Counted from the first letter of the stretch, positions 42,590 to 57,054 are shown. The stretch: DNA of 64,000 nt from Reclinomonas americana ATCC 50394 (GCA_048213135.1 PS015039.1:39663-103662); one strand, 5' to 3'. The notes: generated by a model not told the origin, from the sequence alone. A program made the numbers and translations.

Positions 42590-45500
42590 ATGCCGTCGCA
42601 CGCATCACCGACCAAGAGCGACGCGGCCTCCTCCACAAAGCGCTCCGGATCGGTCGCCACTGAGGCCGCCTCTCCACCACCGGCCTCTGCTGTGCCAATG
42701 CCACTGCCACTACCACTGCAAGGTAATTGGGGAGGAGCAAATGCGCGCGCTGATGAACTTGTGAGGCAATCTTGGATTGAGATTGATTTTGTTTGTGTGC
42801 GGTGCAGGGTCAACCGGATCGTCAGCACACTCGGCCGATCGGCATGCAACCTCCGCCTCCTCACTGTCACCGCCGCCGCGAGCGTTGTTTGACAGTGAGG
42901 AGGGCCACGACAAGGTGGCAGAAGAGCTCAAGCGACGCTCCGACGCCACATCTACAGTTGCGGCGGAGTCAGTTTCTGTGCCGTTTCGCGCTTCTTTCTT
43001 GCTCACGATGCTGATGGTAGATCGAGGCCATGCTCTCCACTGTGGAGGAGTTCATGACAGAGAATCTCTTCAACGAGGACGAAGCACAGATCATGGGCAT
43101 TGATTTGCTGGATGGTGAATACGGAGGGACGCTGTCAGCGCGACTCGCCCGCGGTGCGTACTCCTCCTCCATGCGCCACAACGCACAGCTTTGCTTATCC
43201 CTGTGTGTTCGTTTGCCTGCCTCGTAGAGCGCGACCTCATGGGCCTCATTGAGATCGCCGACATCAAGCAACGTGAAGGCTCGAGCGCCAATGCAGGGGC
43301 GGTGCTGGAGGAGAAAGCATTCGCGAAGCGTGAAGAGGTGAGTGCGAGAGAGTGGCAATCGCGACGCACGAAAGAGATACACGAGCCGGTTCTCACTCGT
43401 GACACGCCGGGCTTGGCGGTGCAGTTTATGCGAGAGAGTCGGTTCCAAGTCGACACGCTGCTGTTGCTCCGAGACCGCCGACTCGAGGAGCTCAAGCAGC
43501 CCATCAAGGAGCTGGAAACGTGGGCAGCCAAGACTGACGCTCCGAGCTACTCGATGACGGAGGAGGGCGCAGTGATGCAGGTCAACGCCATGGATGCCGA
43601 CGCGATGGGCGACCTGGTGCAGCACGTGGCCAGCAACATTCGCGTGTTGGCCGAGGCACTCAGGCTGTACAGCGGCACGCAGAAGCAAGGTACGGCACCA
43701 GTACAGATCCAAGCTTGTTTGTGTGTGTGCCCGATGGTGAGGCTGAGGGAGGAAACGGAAAAAAACAGGCACAGAAGCAGAGCCTCAAGAGGATCCACGA
43801 GTGGCGGAACTGCTGGCATCGTTGAACGATGCGACGTCTCGAGTTGCGTGGCGAGTGTACTAGCCTACGCTATGAGTGTGAGAGTGCTGAATTCTTGTGG
43901 CAGCTGGACTTCTTCCGGCGCGAGATCGACAATCGGACGCAGATGTGGACGCTCGAGCAGCAGCGGTTGGAAAATGAGAAGCGTGCGCTGGCGAGGAAGG
44001 CCGGTGAGCTGTCGTCGCAAATGGGACGAGAGCGCACGGTATGGGAGACGCAAGCACAGCAGTGATGGTGATGCAGCATGTCGTGACGCCTGTTGTGCAG
44101 GAGAAAAACCGACTGAGGCGACTTCTGGAGGAGATCACTGCGCAGATGAACCTGCTGACGCAGCGCAGCAAGAATCAGGCGTCGGATGTGATTGCGACAA
44201 ACCAAGCACTGCAAGACAAGGTCCTCGAACTGGAAGTCATGTACGCCAACAAGGTAGGGAAGGAAAGAAATGTCTGCGACGGCCACGCAGTCTCACGCAC
44301 TGCGTTTGTGCCACAGGAACGCATGATCGAGGCAGCTCGAGAACAGGCGGCCGAGCGTGAGATGCAACTTGCCGTGCTCACCGCTCGCGTGAAGCGAGCC
44401 GAGGACGAAATAATAGGCTACCAAGAGCGACTGCGCGCGGCTACAAGCATGATTGCCTCGCTGCGCGGCGAGGAGCGCGCCGGCACACCGCCCGCCAACA
44501 TTACCTTGTCGCGATGTGAGTCGCTGTCGAGGTCGTGTGCAATATGCTGTTCTGCATGCACTCACTGAAGCAATGCAGCTTCCCTGAGTTCGGCGTCGGA
44601 CGGTCTCATGCAAGCAGAAGAACTGGTGCGGCGACTGGACGAGCGACTCAACCAGGCCCAGCGCATCTCGGTCGACAAGATGCTTGTCGCCTTTCAGGGA
44701 ATCATCGCGCAAGTGCAGGCCGGTGCGCATTCATTGCTTCCAGCAGAGTTGCATGCTGGTCATGCACACGCCTGCTCACTTTGTATGTCGTGCACAGAGG
44801 CCATTGGTCGTGCGTCGAGAGCACACGAGATGCTCGCGGAACGTGCGGCGGCTGACGTGATTGCACTCGAGAAGCACAAGGCGGTTCGTATGCTTGCGTG
44901 CCATGCTACCGCGACCAACAACGCACTCGTTTTGACATCTTGAGCTCGCAGTTGTCCGCCGAGCTTCTGCGAGTCCGCGCACTGCTGCTGCACGAGCGCA
45001 AGCTGCGCCGACGACTGCTTCGCAAGTCGCCACAGCAACAACAGCAGGACCAGTTGGAAGAGGCACAGGAGCAGGCCGTGTTTGAGACGGTTTCGTGGCG
45101 TTTCTTGCCTTCAAGTATTCTCGTTCTTTTTGTTTCTCTTACTGCAGGCTGCGAGCAGGAGGATGCTGCATTGCAGGCCGACATCAAGCAGACTGCCGAG
45201 CGGCTGGAGGCCATGCGCGCCAAATCCAAAGAACAAGCCGTGGAACGCTCCAAAGAGGCCACCGCCTTTGCGATGGAGTTGTTCAGGGAGTTCGACAAGC
45301 ATGTTCTGGAGATCCAACAGGAGGTGGTGCAGCACTCCTCGGCCACCATTCGTGACACGATGGCCGCCCTTATTCATGTGAGTCGCGACATACCGCTGCA
45401 CATGTCGTGTCATCTATAACATGAATGTGTGTGCAGGCCTTGCCGAGCCATGCACCGCAGTTCCGGACTCGCGACAAGCGTGCAACGGAACTCTCCACCA

Positions 45501-48500
45501 ACAATGTTCGCGTGCAAGAACTCGTCAACGAGCTGGCCGAGCTGCGTGAGCAGAAGGAGGCGGCTGAGGATCTGGTGTCCACCACCGCCGACGAGGTGAC
45601 AGAGAAGATCGTTGGTCAGTTCTTTTCTCCACGTGCGCATGCAGCTGTCATGTACTGTCTGGTCTCACACTCGCGCTCACGCAGCTGCCAGACAACCGCT
45701 GATGGAACAGGTGGCCGAGCTCCGCTCGCAACTTGAGAGGCAGGCGAGCAATTTGCGGATCGCTGCGGATGCGTTGCACGAGGTGCGAAGTGGCAGTGTG
45801 CAGTCACTGTTGAAGACAATGGCTTTCTCATATTTGTCTCTGCACAGGCCGGCCTTCCCGACGACTTTTCCGTCGACACGCCCCTCTCGCCGGTGGCGAT
45901 GCAGCCGACGAGTGCTGCCCCGGTTCCTGTGGTTGTGCCGACGGACGTCGACGACGTTGTGGAGAGCACCGCTGACGAGGCGAAGCCATCGAAGCGGAAG
46001 GAGGGTGGAAAGAACAAGAATCGAGCACCAAAAGCGCCACCAGAGACAACAGCAGCAGCAAGGTTGGCGCCGCCGAAGAGAGTTGAAGAGCCTCCCGAGG
46101 TTTTGCCGGACGATGACAAGCCGGCGGAGGTGGAAGTGGCGGCTCCAGTCGTGTCACCAGATCCCGATATCACCATCACTGACGACGACCATGTGTCTCG
46201 GACGAGACGACCGCGGCGCGGTGAAGCGGATCCAGAGGCTGTTAGCAGTGAGCAACTGCAATCGTTTGTCGCTGCCATGCTTGCCCAGCTGGCCAAGCTG
46301 TGGAAGGACGACGGGATGAGCATCGAGAAGCGCTCGTCGCAACTCGTCAACCGGCAGACAGCGCCAGAACCGGCGGCGCGTCAGTTGCAAGCCCTGGTGC
46401 AACTGGTGGAGGTGCGTCGGCACTCTCGCCTTTTTGTTGCATTGCCACCACTGACGTGTGCGTGTGCGCGTAGGAGGTCATTGGCGGAGCGGGTCGCGAA
46501 CAGCGCAAGGTATGTAGGGTTGTACCCACACCCTTGTGCCACCGTTGTGCGTTCTCACCTGCCTGCGCATGGGCAGCTGCAAAAACTGGCCGATGATGCG
46601 GAAGGCAGGAAGCAGCAGCTGGAGCAGTCGCTGTATGAGAGTCAGAAGCTCCTCCTGTCGCAGACCAGCGACATGGACCGCTTGCGTGATCGTCTGCGCA
46701 ATGCACAACTGCAGTCGCACGAGAGGCGTGCCACCGATGCCAGACTCGGACAAGTGCGTATGTTTGCATCCACCACGGGCACACAGAACGTGTCAGCTTA
46801 CTTGCTCGTTCCATCATCGTCTCAGGACGCTGCGGAGATTCTGCACCGCGATCGCACCATTGTGGAGCAGACTGCGCAAGTGGACGTGGAGCAGGCGGTG
46901 ACGCAAGGACAACTGTACGCCATTATCAGTTGAGCACGATACCTATTACTCTCGTGTTGCACAAGGACGTGTGCTTGCTCACTCGTTTCCTCGGTGTGCA
47001 GAGCGCCAGCAGGACCCCGATCGCTTCAAAGTCAGCCAGCGGGTGGCCGATTACTTGCGTCGCATGCAGGATCTGCACGAGGCTTCACTGGAGCGGCTGC
47101 GAAAGAAGCGCGAGGAGCTGGCACGCGAGCGTGAAAGGAACTGGGTGCTGGCCTTCACCTTGTGCGTCTTTTCCCGGTTGCACGCGCGCTCTTCTTCTTC
47201 ACCGCACACACTCAGCATTCGCTGTCGCGCAGACTGCACGAGGTGACAGTGCGTGTGGAGAAGCCACGGCGGCCGGCACCGAACCCTGATGAGCCCACAT
47301 ACCCCCCACCTGCCGTGCGAACACCGTCGCCCACGATTTCTCCTCCTCGGCAGATTGTTTCCGGGTCACCAACGCCCACACTAATGCCGTTTTCGGAGCA
47401 CTACGGCAAATTCGTGCCGCGGACTCCACCGCTGCACCACACAAACAGTCCCAGCTCACAGACTCCGCCACAACTCTTGCTCCGTCGCAGTCATGTCACC
47501 TTCCACACCGACACGCTGCTGCAGTCACTGCCGGCTCCGGCACCGCGACCGGTCGAACAGCGTCGCCGATCAACTGGAAGCTACGTCGATCCAGTGCTGG
47601 CACCACAACGTGGCAGCGGTTTCTTCAACCGGTCTCCCAAAGGCCACGCCGTCGCCGCGCCATCGCTCGTTCCCATCGCCAACAGCTCTCCATCGTCCAC
47701 CATTGACACGCGGGCGAGTATGGCGCTGCCCGTGGACGACGCGCACTTGGCCGGTCACGCTCTCTCAGACGTGAAGCCTACTTACCAGAAACACCGTCGC
47801 CGCCACAGCACAGATGTCAATCTCTCCAGCATCGGCAACGACGATCTGACACAGAGCAAGCAGCGTCAGGAGCTGGCGGTGGACGGTATCACCTCCGCCG
47901 GCTACCTTGATTTTGACGCAAGCTCTTCGCGGACAACCAGGTGCTAAGTGTGTGTGCGCAAGTACGTGCACTTCACCTCACTAACGACCGTGTGTGTACG
48001 TGTACGTGCAGACAATCGAATCGACTCGAGTCGCCGCCATCGCCGTCGCCAAGCCCTCCGCGCTTTGCCAAGACACCGACTCTGAGTGCAGCCGCCTCGC
48101 CTCCTGCCACCGCAAACAGCTTCACGCTGCCGCCGGTGGACGAGTTCCAACCGCCAGCGCAGCGTCTCGCGGCTTCTTCCGAGCCGCGATACATCAACAC
48201 TCCGTCGTTGCAGCACGGTGCCGCTGCAGATGGTGCGTATGTGACATGACACTCAGCTGTCGCATGGATGAAACTGAGTGCGTGCGTGCAGGTGAACTGG
48301 ATGGTCTCACAGAGTCGGCACTGCGCAATAACGCCGACGTGATGGCCATGCACGCAAGCTCAATCCCTCAGGTCGGCGCACCGCATGTGGATCTCGGCAG
48401 TCTGCTCTCAGTGGGTGCACCACGACCGGATGCCGATGCGCGGACGGCATCTGGCCGCAATGCCGGAATCAGTGCGCCACAGAGTGGATCGCGAACGCCG

Positions 48501-48712
48501 GTGCATGTGAGAATCGCCGGGCACGGTACACCGCCGAAGAAGGAGTGCGTACACCACCTCGTTACCTGCAACCATACAACGTCAACGTCTCACTCATTCG
48601 TCTGCCATCGTGCAGTCTCCTGGTGCCTCCGCCTGCAGGATCCCCCACCTCACCGTCTTCGAGTTCAGTTGTGCTGCCTCAAATCACCGTCAATCGGCAG
48701 CAACAAAAGTAA
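42590..48712 (+). CDS. Large intron-rich coiled-coil protein with a Pro/Ser-rich tail, function unknown
   Basis: ATG 42590. Many E/Q/R/L-rich exons (e.g. EKNRLRRLLEEITAQMNLL, RVQELVNELAELREQKEAAE) separated by roughly 60-80 nt GT-AG introns. Last exon LLVPPPAGSP...NRQQQK* ends at 48712. Confidence 0.7.
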
Positions 48713-48753
48713 AGAAGAAGAAGACTGGTTGTAGTTGCCTGCGCGGTGAACGT

Positions 48754-51700
48754 TCACTGAGAGAACACAATGCGCATTGTCAGCAGCTGGAACGGCTTGT
48801 AGTCAAAGTCGATGCGATTCTTGCCCCCCTTGCGAGCGACGCGTACGCGCGAAACGCCGTCGCCGCCCGCCGCCTTCTCCAACAAGTCGACTTCCTCGAC
48901 AGATGACACTGGGAAACTCGGGTCAAACGACAACGAGCCGCGTCCCCGACTGGCGGTGGACACGTGGAGTCGCACGATCAATTCCCGCTACGATACACAT
49001 TCGAAGCGTGTGAGCCCAGTAACGTGCAGCGAGGGAGGGCAGGCGCCGCACGTACCTTTTCAGCAGCCGCGTCTTCGGAGAGTTTGATCGAATCCACAAT
49101 GATGCAAGCAGGGCTGACTGACAACAGACCCCCGGCGACACTGGCGTCATCATCGCCGTTTACCTGCACCGCAACGTAACGAGCATGACCGACTGCACAC
49201 ATCAGACGAAAACGTTCTGGTAAAACACACAAACACACCTCGTCCACAGCTGCCGTTTCCTTTACCACAGTCAGCCAATCGGCTGCGTCCGCATGAACAG
49301 CTACCAGTGCCGAGCCCGCATCACCAGTGTGTGGTAGCAGCGAGTACGTGAACTCGTGCAGTCCCTTGTTTGCGCACCCCACTGTCAGTCACGGACAAAA
49401 TACTTGAAAAAGTCGCAAAGCCAAGTACCTGATCTGCGTTGGCGTGCGGTGCGGTGGCCGACTTGATAAGAGTGAGACTCATCACTCCATTGTGCACGTC
49501 GCCGCCATACTTGGTGTGCGAAATCAGTGCAACACCATAGTCCTGCTCCGACAAGTCCATGTACCTATTATTGCATTTGTGAGGGAGGAGGGCCACATGT
49601 GGAAAAACAAAGTGCTCAGCCTCTCACACATACCTCTGGAAGGGGGTCTCGAAACGCGCAACATCCCATTCGGTGTTCACATGTGTCGAGCGCTGCACCT
49701 CGCCAAACTGGATGCCATGCGACGCGTGACTGTTGTGAACATTCACTGGGAAGGCGACACGCAACAACTGCATCGGAAATGCCGATGTCAGCACATGTCA
49801 GTGCTTGCCGACGTCCGCGCAAGCAGGCAGCAAGAGTACCTTGTGTTGCAGTCCCCACTGCACGCGTGTGACAAAGTCGATGCGGCGAGAGTGGGCGTAG
49901 AACACGATATCTTGCGAGATCACTGCCTTGCGACGATTGTACTCGTGCGAGATCGTGCAGTGGAACGGCACCGTGACACTGTGTCGTCGCTTGTACGGCG
50001 TTCCGAGACGACACGCGTCGCGCGACATGGCAATTGGGTGCTCCTACCCCCAGTCATATGATGTGAGGCACGCAAGGAAGGAGGAAACGTGCACGACCGC
50101 GTCCACACCTGATAGAATGAGTCAATGTCCCAGGCGTCCCTGCACCAGATGCACGCATGAGACGTCGCGTGTAGACAGACGTGCAAGCAAATAAGAGAGC
50201 TGACCACTTCATGGGATGGTCCACATAGAGCAGCAGCTGGTTGGCCACCGCGCCGGCAGGCAACACCTGGCGTCGGCCTTGCTTGTCAAACTGTGCAGGC
50301 GGCCGCGCGTGTGAGAAAGTGCGCAAAGTCCTTTGACCCCCCAACAAGATGGTGAGGCACGCATGCGTACCAGACTGGTGATGGTCCCGTTCTTGGCCAC
50401 GTGCGCGGTGTAGAATGCGGAGCGCACTTCGACACCGTCTGCACTCACGTCCAAACCGAGTTTCGCAGTCTCGTCGGGCGTGGCGCCACCGACCAGCTCC
50501 GAGGCTTGCGCCGTGGCCGCGTCCACCAACAGCGTGGCTCCACGAGTTTCCCGGCCCTTCGTCGCTGGTACGTCGGCAAACGTCGCATGGACCATGAAAT
50601 CCGATGCCGGCTGACCTCCCGGTGGAGTCCACCGCACCCATCCAGCCGACGGCACAGCCACGAGGTGCTCATTGACTGTCTCAGACGACGATCCTTCGCG
50701 CAGCAGCACCAGCCGGTTGACGGCCAACTACGCCAAGCAGCACATTACAGGCAGTCGTGAGTCTGACGCCGAGCAAGCGCGAGACACTCACTGCAACCTC
50801 ACGTACCGAGTTAAACAACATCACTGCCTCGGAAGAGGAAGAGGACGAGTCCACGTCATTCGTGTACAGGCACTCGGTCAGCTGTGCGGTCAGTGATTGG
50901 GTGGCGTTACCAGCACGCCACTCAATCGACGAGTGCTGCTGTCGGGCCTCGTTGTAGACTTCGCCGATAGACGAGCCAGCTGCATGGACAGAGAGTGTCA
51001 GCAGAGAAGAAGAACGAAGCAATGGCAGTGCGCCAACGACAACAGAACGAAGAATGTCGTGGAACTGCAGCAGCAGCAAGTCCTCCCACGTGGCGCGGAT
51101 ATCGAGCGGCGCAGAGTCGGCCTCAGCGAGGCAGCGGTCGCCGGCCACGCGTACAACCGACTGCAAGAACTCCACGTTGCGGAGTCGGGACTCGTTTTCG
51201 CGATTGGCGCGTTTGNNNNNNNNNNNNNNNNNNNNNNNNNNNNNNNNNNNNNNNNNNNNNNNNNNNNNNNNNNNNNNNNNNNNNNNNNNNNNNNNNNNNN
51301 NNNNNNNNNNNNNNNNNNNNNNNNNNNNNNNNNNNNNNNNNNNNNNNNNNNNNNNNNNNNNNNNNNNNNNNNNNNNNNNNNNNNNNNNNNNNNNNNNNNN
51401 NNNNNNNNNNNNNNNNNNNNNNNNNNNNNNNNNNNNNNNNNNNNNNNNNNNNNNNNNNNNNNNNNNNNNNNNNNNNNNNNNNNNNNNNNNNNNNNNNNNN
51501 NNNNNNNNNNNNNNNNNNNNNNNNNNNNNNNNNNNNNNNNNNNNNNNNNNNNNNNNNNNNNNNNNNNNNNNNNNNNNNNNNNNNNNNNNNNNNNNNNNNN
51601 NNNNNNNNNNNNNNNNNNNNNNNNNNNNNNNNNNNNNNNNNNNNNNNNNNNNNNNNNNNNNNNNNNNNNNNNNATCCATGCCTGCAACACGCATGTTAAA

Positions 51701-54527
51701 GGGGGGCAACGAACCAGGAAGCGTCCTCGCCTCGCTTCCTCACCTGTGACGTGTATGTGCCCCGATGATACTCGAGATACAGCTCGCCGTCCCAGATCGG
51801 CAGCGCGGCGCTCTTCGCCTGCACTGTCTGCATCAGCGCAGACACAGTGCCGAGGTGAACCTGCGGCACACCCTCCAGCTGCCAGTCGGCGAGGCGCTCG
51901 GCCGTCTCCAACATGGTAACGGTCGGTCCACCACCACCGTCGCCGTACCTGCGTGTGCATTCGCAGAAGGGGGGCACAGTNNNNNNNNNNNNNNNNNNNN
52001 NNNNNNNNNNNNNNNNNNNNNNNNNNNNNNNNNNNNNNNNNNNNNNNNNNNNNNNNNNNNNNNNNNNNNNNNNNNNNNNNNNNNNNNNNNNNNNNNNNNN
52101 NNNNNNNNNNNNNNNNNNNNNNNNNNNNNNNNNNNNNNNNNNNNNNNNNNNNNNGAGTGCTGTGTGCGCCGTCATGCGTGATGCACTGCGACTTGCGAGG
52201 ATCGTACCCAAATGTCACCAGTGGCTCCAGATCGAGTGAGCGCTGTCGGTAGCCGGTGTAGGCGCGAGTAATCTCGTGCGGTGTCATCTCGGCGTTGTAG
52301 GTGGTGGAAAAGTCGCGCTCACTCGAGCTCTGCGAACCGACGATCATGTGCACGGCCACCGAGGAGCCGTCGATGCCGCGCCAACGGAAGGTGTCTGCAA
52401 GTGTGCAAGTGAGCATGCGTGTTCTACCCTGACTCTGGCCAGCTCCGCATCGACCGACATACCGTGTGGCATACGAGTGTACTGGTTCCAGCTCAGCTTG
52501 CTCGTGACGAAGCCAGTGACGCCGGCGAGTTTCATGATCTGCGGCAGGGCTCCGGAGAATCCTGCACAGCACATGAGCACACACAGACACTGAGCAGGCA
52601 AACAGAAACTAATGTCCACCCTCCACACCGAAGCAGTCGGGTAGAAACAGGACGCGGCTGTCGACATCGAGCAGCTCGCGGAAGGCACGCTTCCCGTACA
52701 GGAACTGACGCACAAGTGACTCGCCCGAAGGAAGATTCGTGTCGCTCTCCACAAACATGGCACCTGGACATGGTTAGCGCACAGTGTGGCAGCACGGTAA
52801 ACACGCGCACGTTGTTTGACAGACTGACCTTCCGCCTCCCACCGACCGCTCTTGACCAAGGTGCGCACTTCGTCAAACAGCTCCGGCGCAATCTTTTGCA
52901 GCTCGCGGTAGACCCACGCCGACGATTGCAGGAATGTGTGGTGCGGGTAGGCACGCATTAAGTTCACCTGCGTGGCGGTGGTGCGCACTGCCCCCAACAA
53001 AGTGAAGCATGAGTGAGGTGGAAGAGAGGGAGTTGGGCAACGACGACGGCGCGCACCAATCTTGTGACGCGTCTGTGACACTGGCCACTGCAAATGATAG
53101 CCACGCCGTAGTAAGCACTAAGAGGCGGCACACAAGAAAGAGAGGAGAAACCAGCGCCAACGCACCAACCACGCAAGATCAATGTGCGCGTGACCAACAG
53201 CCATGACCACAGGTGTAAAGGATCGAACGGTGGCGGCGTTGTCCGGCGACGCAGCACTCGTCTCCGACGACGACAGCTGCTTCGTGGTCGTCTCCTTGTC
53301 CACGTCCTCTTCCGTCTCGGACTCCTTGTCAGCCGGCTTCGCCCCCGACGATGCATCGACTGGAGGCGGACCGCCACGTGGCACATACGGATCCAAGTTG
53401 CGCTGCTTGAGCAGCTCCTTCAATTTGTGCACGTCAAACTTTACAGTGGCCTCCTGTCGATGCTGCGGAACCGGGACCGTGAATGGCAAGTTTGCTGCGG
53501 CTGCTGCACTAACGGTCGCCAGCTGGTCCAGGCGACGGTCGCCAAGCACCGCGTTGAAAGCCTCCTGCGCAGCCGGCACCGACGTGTAGAACGTCTGACC
53601 GCCTGTTTCACCGGTGACTCCCAAAAAGTCCAGACGCTGCATGCCGGCAGCCCTGTGCAGCAAGAGTACACGCTGGTGAATCCACTGCCACGCAGTCAAC
53701 ACGATCATCATCTGACGCACACTGCCTCCAGCAACATGACACGAGTTGCGTGCTCCGGCAGCACGGCGGCCACCTCAAGCGCCACCCGGAAGTCGTGATA
53801 CAAGCGGTACGTTGCTCGACTGATCCACTGCAACTCGAACGACGACAGTGCATGGTTCACACGGCAGCGCCCATCAAAGAACACGGCGGTGGCCGTCATG
53901 GTCATGCCCTGCGACAAGTGCACCGGATGATCGCGATGCTCCTTGTCGACGGCGCCAACTCGGATGTCGTCGAGAAACACCTGGCCTTCGGGGCCGGCCG
54001 GGAACTGATCGTTGTGCGGGTTGTCGAGGTACGACGGCTCCACGCCCACGTGCAACAGCACCACCTCATCATCGCTCCAATGTCGAGGCATGTCCAGCTT
54101 GGCACGAAAGTACGTCCATCCCTGCCGTTTGCCCCAGCGCTCGCCCAGCATGAACGGCTCCCATCGACTGTCGTCCTTGTTGGGTGCCGTGAACAGTGGT
54201 GTGCCTGTGGACCCGTGAGAAAGGAGAGAATGCACAAGGGAGAGAGAGGGAAGGAGAGCACCATCTCGGATGATGCTGACCATGCGAGCGGCTTGTCGCT
54301 GCAGCACCAAGTACGAGCGCACTTGGTCGAGCATGCCTCGCAGACCCTCGAGGCGGAACTTGAGGTCGTGGTGACGTGTGCGCGTGGTCGTCGGAGTCGA
54401 CGGCTGATGATGATGATGCTGTGTGAGGAGGGCACGCACAGAGGGGGAGAGATGGAGGACAACGCACCAGTGGCGACAGCACAAGGTACAGTGCAAGCAG
54501 CAGCGCCGCCCACACGACAAACCGCAT
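48754..54527 (-). CDS. GH38 alpha-mannosidase (MAN2C1/Ams1-type), multi-exon
   Basis: VGHAHIDLAWL|WP, GRWEAEG, ESDTNLPSGESLVRQFLYG, FLPDCFGFSGALPQI, TSKLSWNQ, FRWRGIDGS, YGDGGGGPT, WDGELYLEYHRGTYTSQ, LLLQFHDI.GSSI.EVY, DAWDID, YMDLSEQDYGVAL, FTYSLLPH, YKPFQLLTM. Confidence 0.95.
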
Positions 54528-54590
54528 TCGCTCTCTCTTCTCACTATCAACGAAACGAAGCTGCAGTGTCCTGCACGCACGCACAAAACA

Positions 54591-57054
54591 ATGCACCGCG
54601 CACGAGGGGCGCCCGCACGTAGGCGACCCTCTGCATCCTCCTCGTCAGCGCGCTCGTCCTCGTCGTCATCGCTTTCTCAACAACAACAGCAGCAACAACA
54701 ACCATCGGCATTGCTGTCGAGGAGGCGACGACGCTCCTCTTCTCGCACGCGCTTTGTGGATCACGCGGCCACCACCACCACCACCACTAGCACAACAGCT
54801 TCCATTGCTGCGTCGGGCGAAGGGAAAGCATCACAACGATCGTCGGCATCGTCAGCGCATGCCGCAATGCATCGAGAACAACAACAACAGCAGCAACGAG
54901 ATCAGCAACAGCAGCAGTTCTACAATTACCAACAGCAGCAGCAGCGGAGGCAGGAACGCTATGATGACTATGGCGATGATGGTGGCCATGATGATGAAGA
55001 AGAATACTACGAAGAAGACGATGAGGAGGAGGAATACGACGACGACTACGATGAAGGAGCGCAGATGGAAGACGACCATGGTGAGTGGAGCTGTTTGATG
55101 GCGCTTTCTGGGCGTGGTTTTTTTTTGATTGGTAATGCTGTTGTTGGTAGGTGTGGCAGCGGCGGATCGCGACGACTACTTGTCTTTGGTTTTGCAACTT
55201 GCATTGCATAACTATGCCACGGTGCGTGTACGTGCGTGCGCCAAGCATGAGTGCTCGTGTCGGTGTTTGACTGTGAGCTTCTCGGTTGGGTGAGCAGGAG
55301 CAGCAGCGAGAGAATGTGATTACGGCACCGCCGTCGCGCATTTTGTCGCTCATGTCGGCACGGTGCGTGGCATTCCCTCTCTCTTGCACGTTACTTTTCG
55401 TGCTCTTCTGACGGCGACTCGCAGCAGCAGCGACGTGCAACATGTGTTGGTGGTCTCAGACAAGGAATTCAAGATCCAGTTGCTGTTTGTGCTGCTCGAC
55501 TTGGCCAGGTCTGTTCACGTGCTGCGTGTGCTGCTCTTCCACCACCGCCTCCTCTTCCTCCTCCTCCTGACTTGTGCAACGCAGAATACTAGCCTTTCCA
55601 TGCCCCTTCATCAAGTACACAGGCCCGGAGGAGATGCTGCCAGTGGCGGAGGACGCCCTCAAGTGTCTTCCGTGCATTCGTGTGGACAAGTACACGTACG
55701 TCCGCCATTGTCACACACACACTTGCACGACGCCCTCCCACGCCATTCACCTGTGGTGCTCCATGTGCAGATTTGAATGGGACTCGATGCTGGCGGCCGC
55801 CGATCCCTTCTTTCAGCAGCGCGTGCAGGACGGAGTGCTGCTGGCCGTGCATCGTCTGCTCTCCGAAGTGTTTGTGCACATTGACGCCACGCTACTCATC
55901 ACGGCTCGTGCACGCGTGAATCTGTCGTCTGCGCGCTTCTTCCACGCCCCCGACGACGACACACTCGGCCCCTCGTTTGCGTCCACAACGCTGGGCAGAT
56001 CGTCCGCGCTGGGCACGAGGAGAAGCGGGCCTTCTGTATCGCCGCCACAACCGCCAGCACCGGAAGCGCGCATGCCCGTGTCACAGTTTCAGGCACAGCA
56101 AGAGTACCTGGCACAGTTGGCCCAGTCGCCTTTGTTTGCCGCATCGCGACAAAAGGTTGGTCACGTGGAGATTGTGTCGGGAGGTGATCAAGTGGCGCTG
56201 GAGAGTCAGCAGCAGCAGCAGCAGCAGCAGCAGCGGTTGCGAGCGACACTGGGTTCGTCGAGTTTGTTCAACGTTGTGGTTTGTCGCACTTGTCGCTCTC
56301 GCTGCTCACGCGCTACGCAGGCTCAGAAACAGTGCAAGCACCATCTCCAGCCATGCCACGACTGGAGACGCCGCCCATTTCCGTTGCGGCCAACATTGCT
56401 GGGCCTCCGACTGTCGATGCGTTCGGCGGTGATGCGCGTTCTCGTCCAGCAGCTGCGGCCGTGCTGTCGCTCAGCGACGATTCGCGATTGCGGTCGCTCC
56501 CTGAATTGCACACGCCGTCGACAGTAGCGGACTCGCAGTCAACATCGCCTGCTCAGTCACCGGCGCCACCACTCCCCGTGCTCACGCAACAGCGGCCACC
56601 TCAAGCGCAGCAGCCACTGGAGGTGACAGTTGCACGACCGGCGCCGAATGTGTCGAGCGTTGCAGGCCGACCACACGTCTTACCGCCACTGGCGGCCGAG
56701 GCACCCGCAGCTGTGGCACGACCCGCTGGCGGCTCACCGGTCGCCCCCGGTTCGCCCCCCAAGGACCCTCGTATATCGGCCTCGTTGTCCTCGATACCGA
56801 TTGTCGCGCAGCGAACGAGCTTGCTCCCGCTGGAGAAACGACCGCCCTCCAGTGTCGCCAGCTCGTCGTCGGCCACCGAGGCCGCATCGTCGTCGGCGGT
56901 GGGAGCGTCGGCAGCAGCCACACCAAAAGCGCTGACATTTGCCGATTTCGCGCGTTTGAATGCCGGTGCTGACACGGACTCAAGTCTGGAGAGCTCGCGC
57001 GTCTCCAGTGATTTTATGGGCGGTGGCGATGACGATGAAGAAGAAGAAGAATGA
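54591..57054 (+). CDS. Hypothetical low-complexity protein (polyQ, acidic and Pro/Ala/Ser-rich), multi-exon
   Basis: ATG 54591 MHRARGAP...; middle exons RILAFPCPFIKYTGPEEML.../FEWDSMLAAADPFFQQRV; ends ...GGGDDDEEEEE*. Confidence 0.55.

Noticed and set aside
48777-49087. Plus-strand ORFs apparently extending the coiled-coil gene
   Set aside because: They are antisense to the clearly conserved last exons of the mannosidase.
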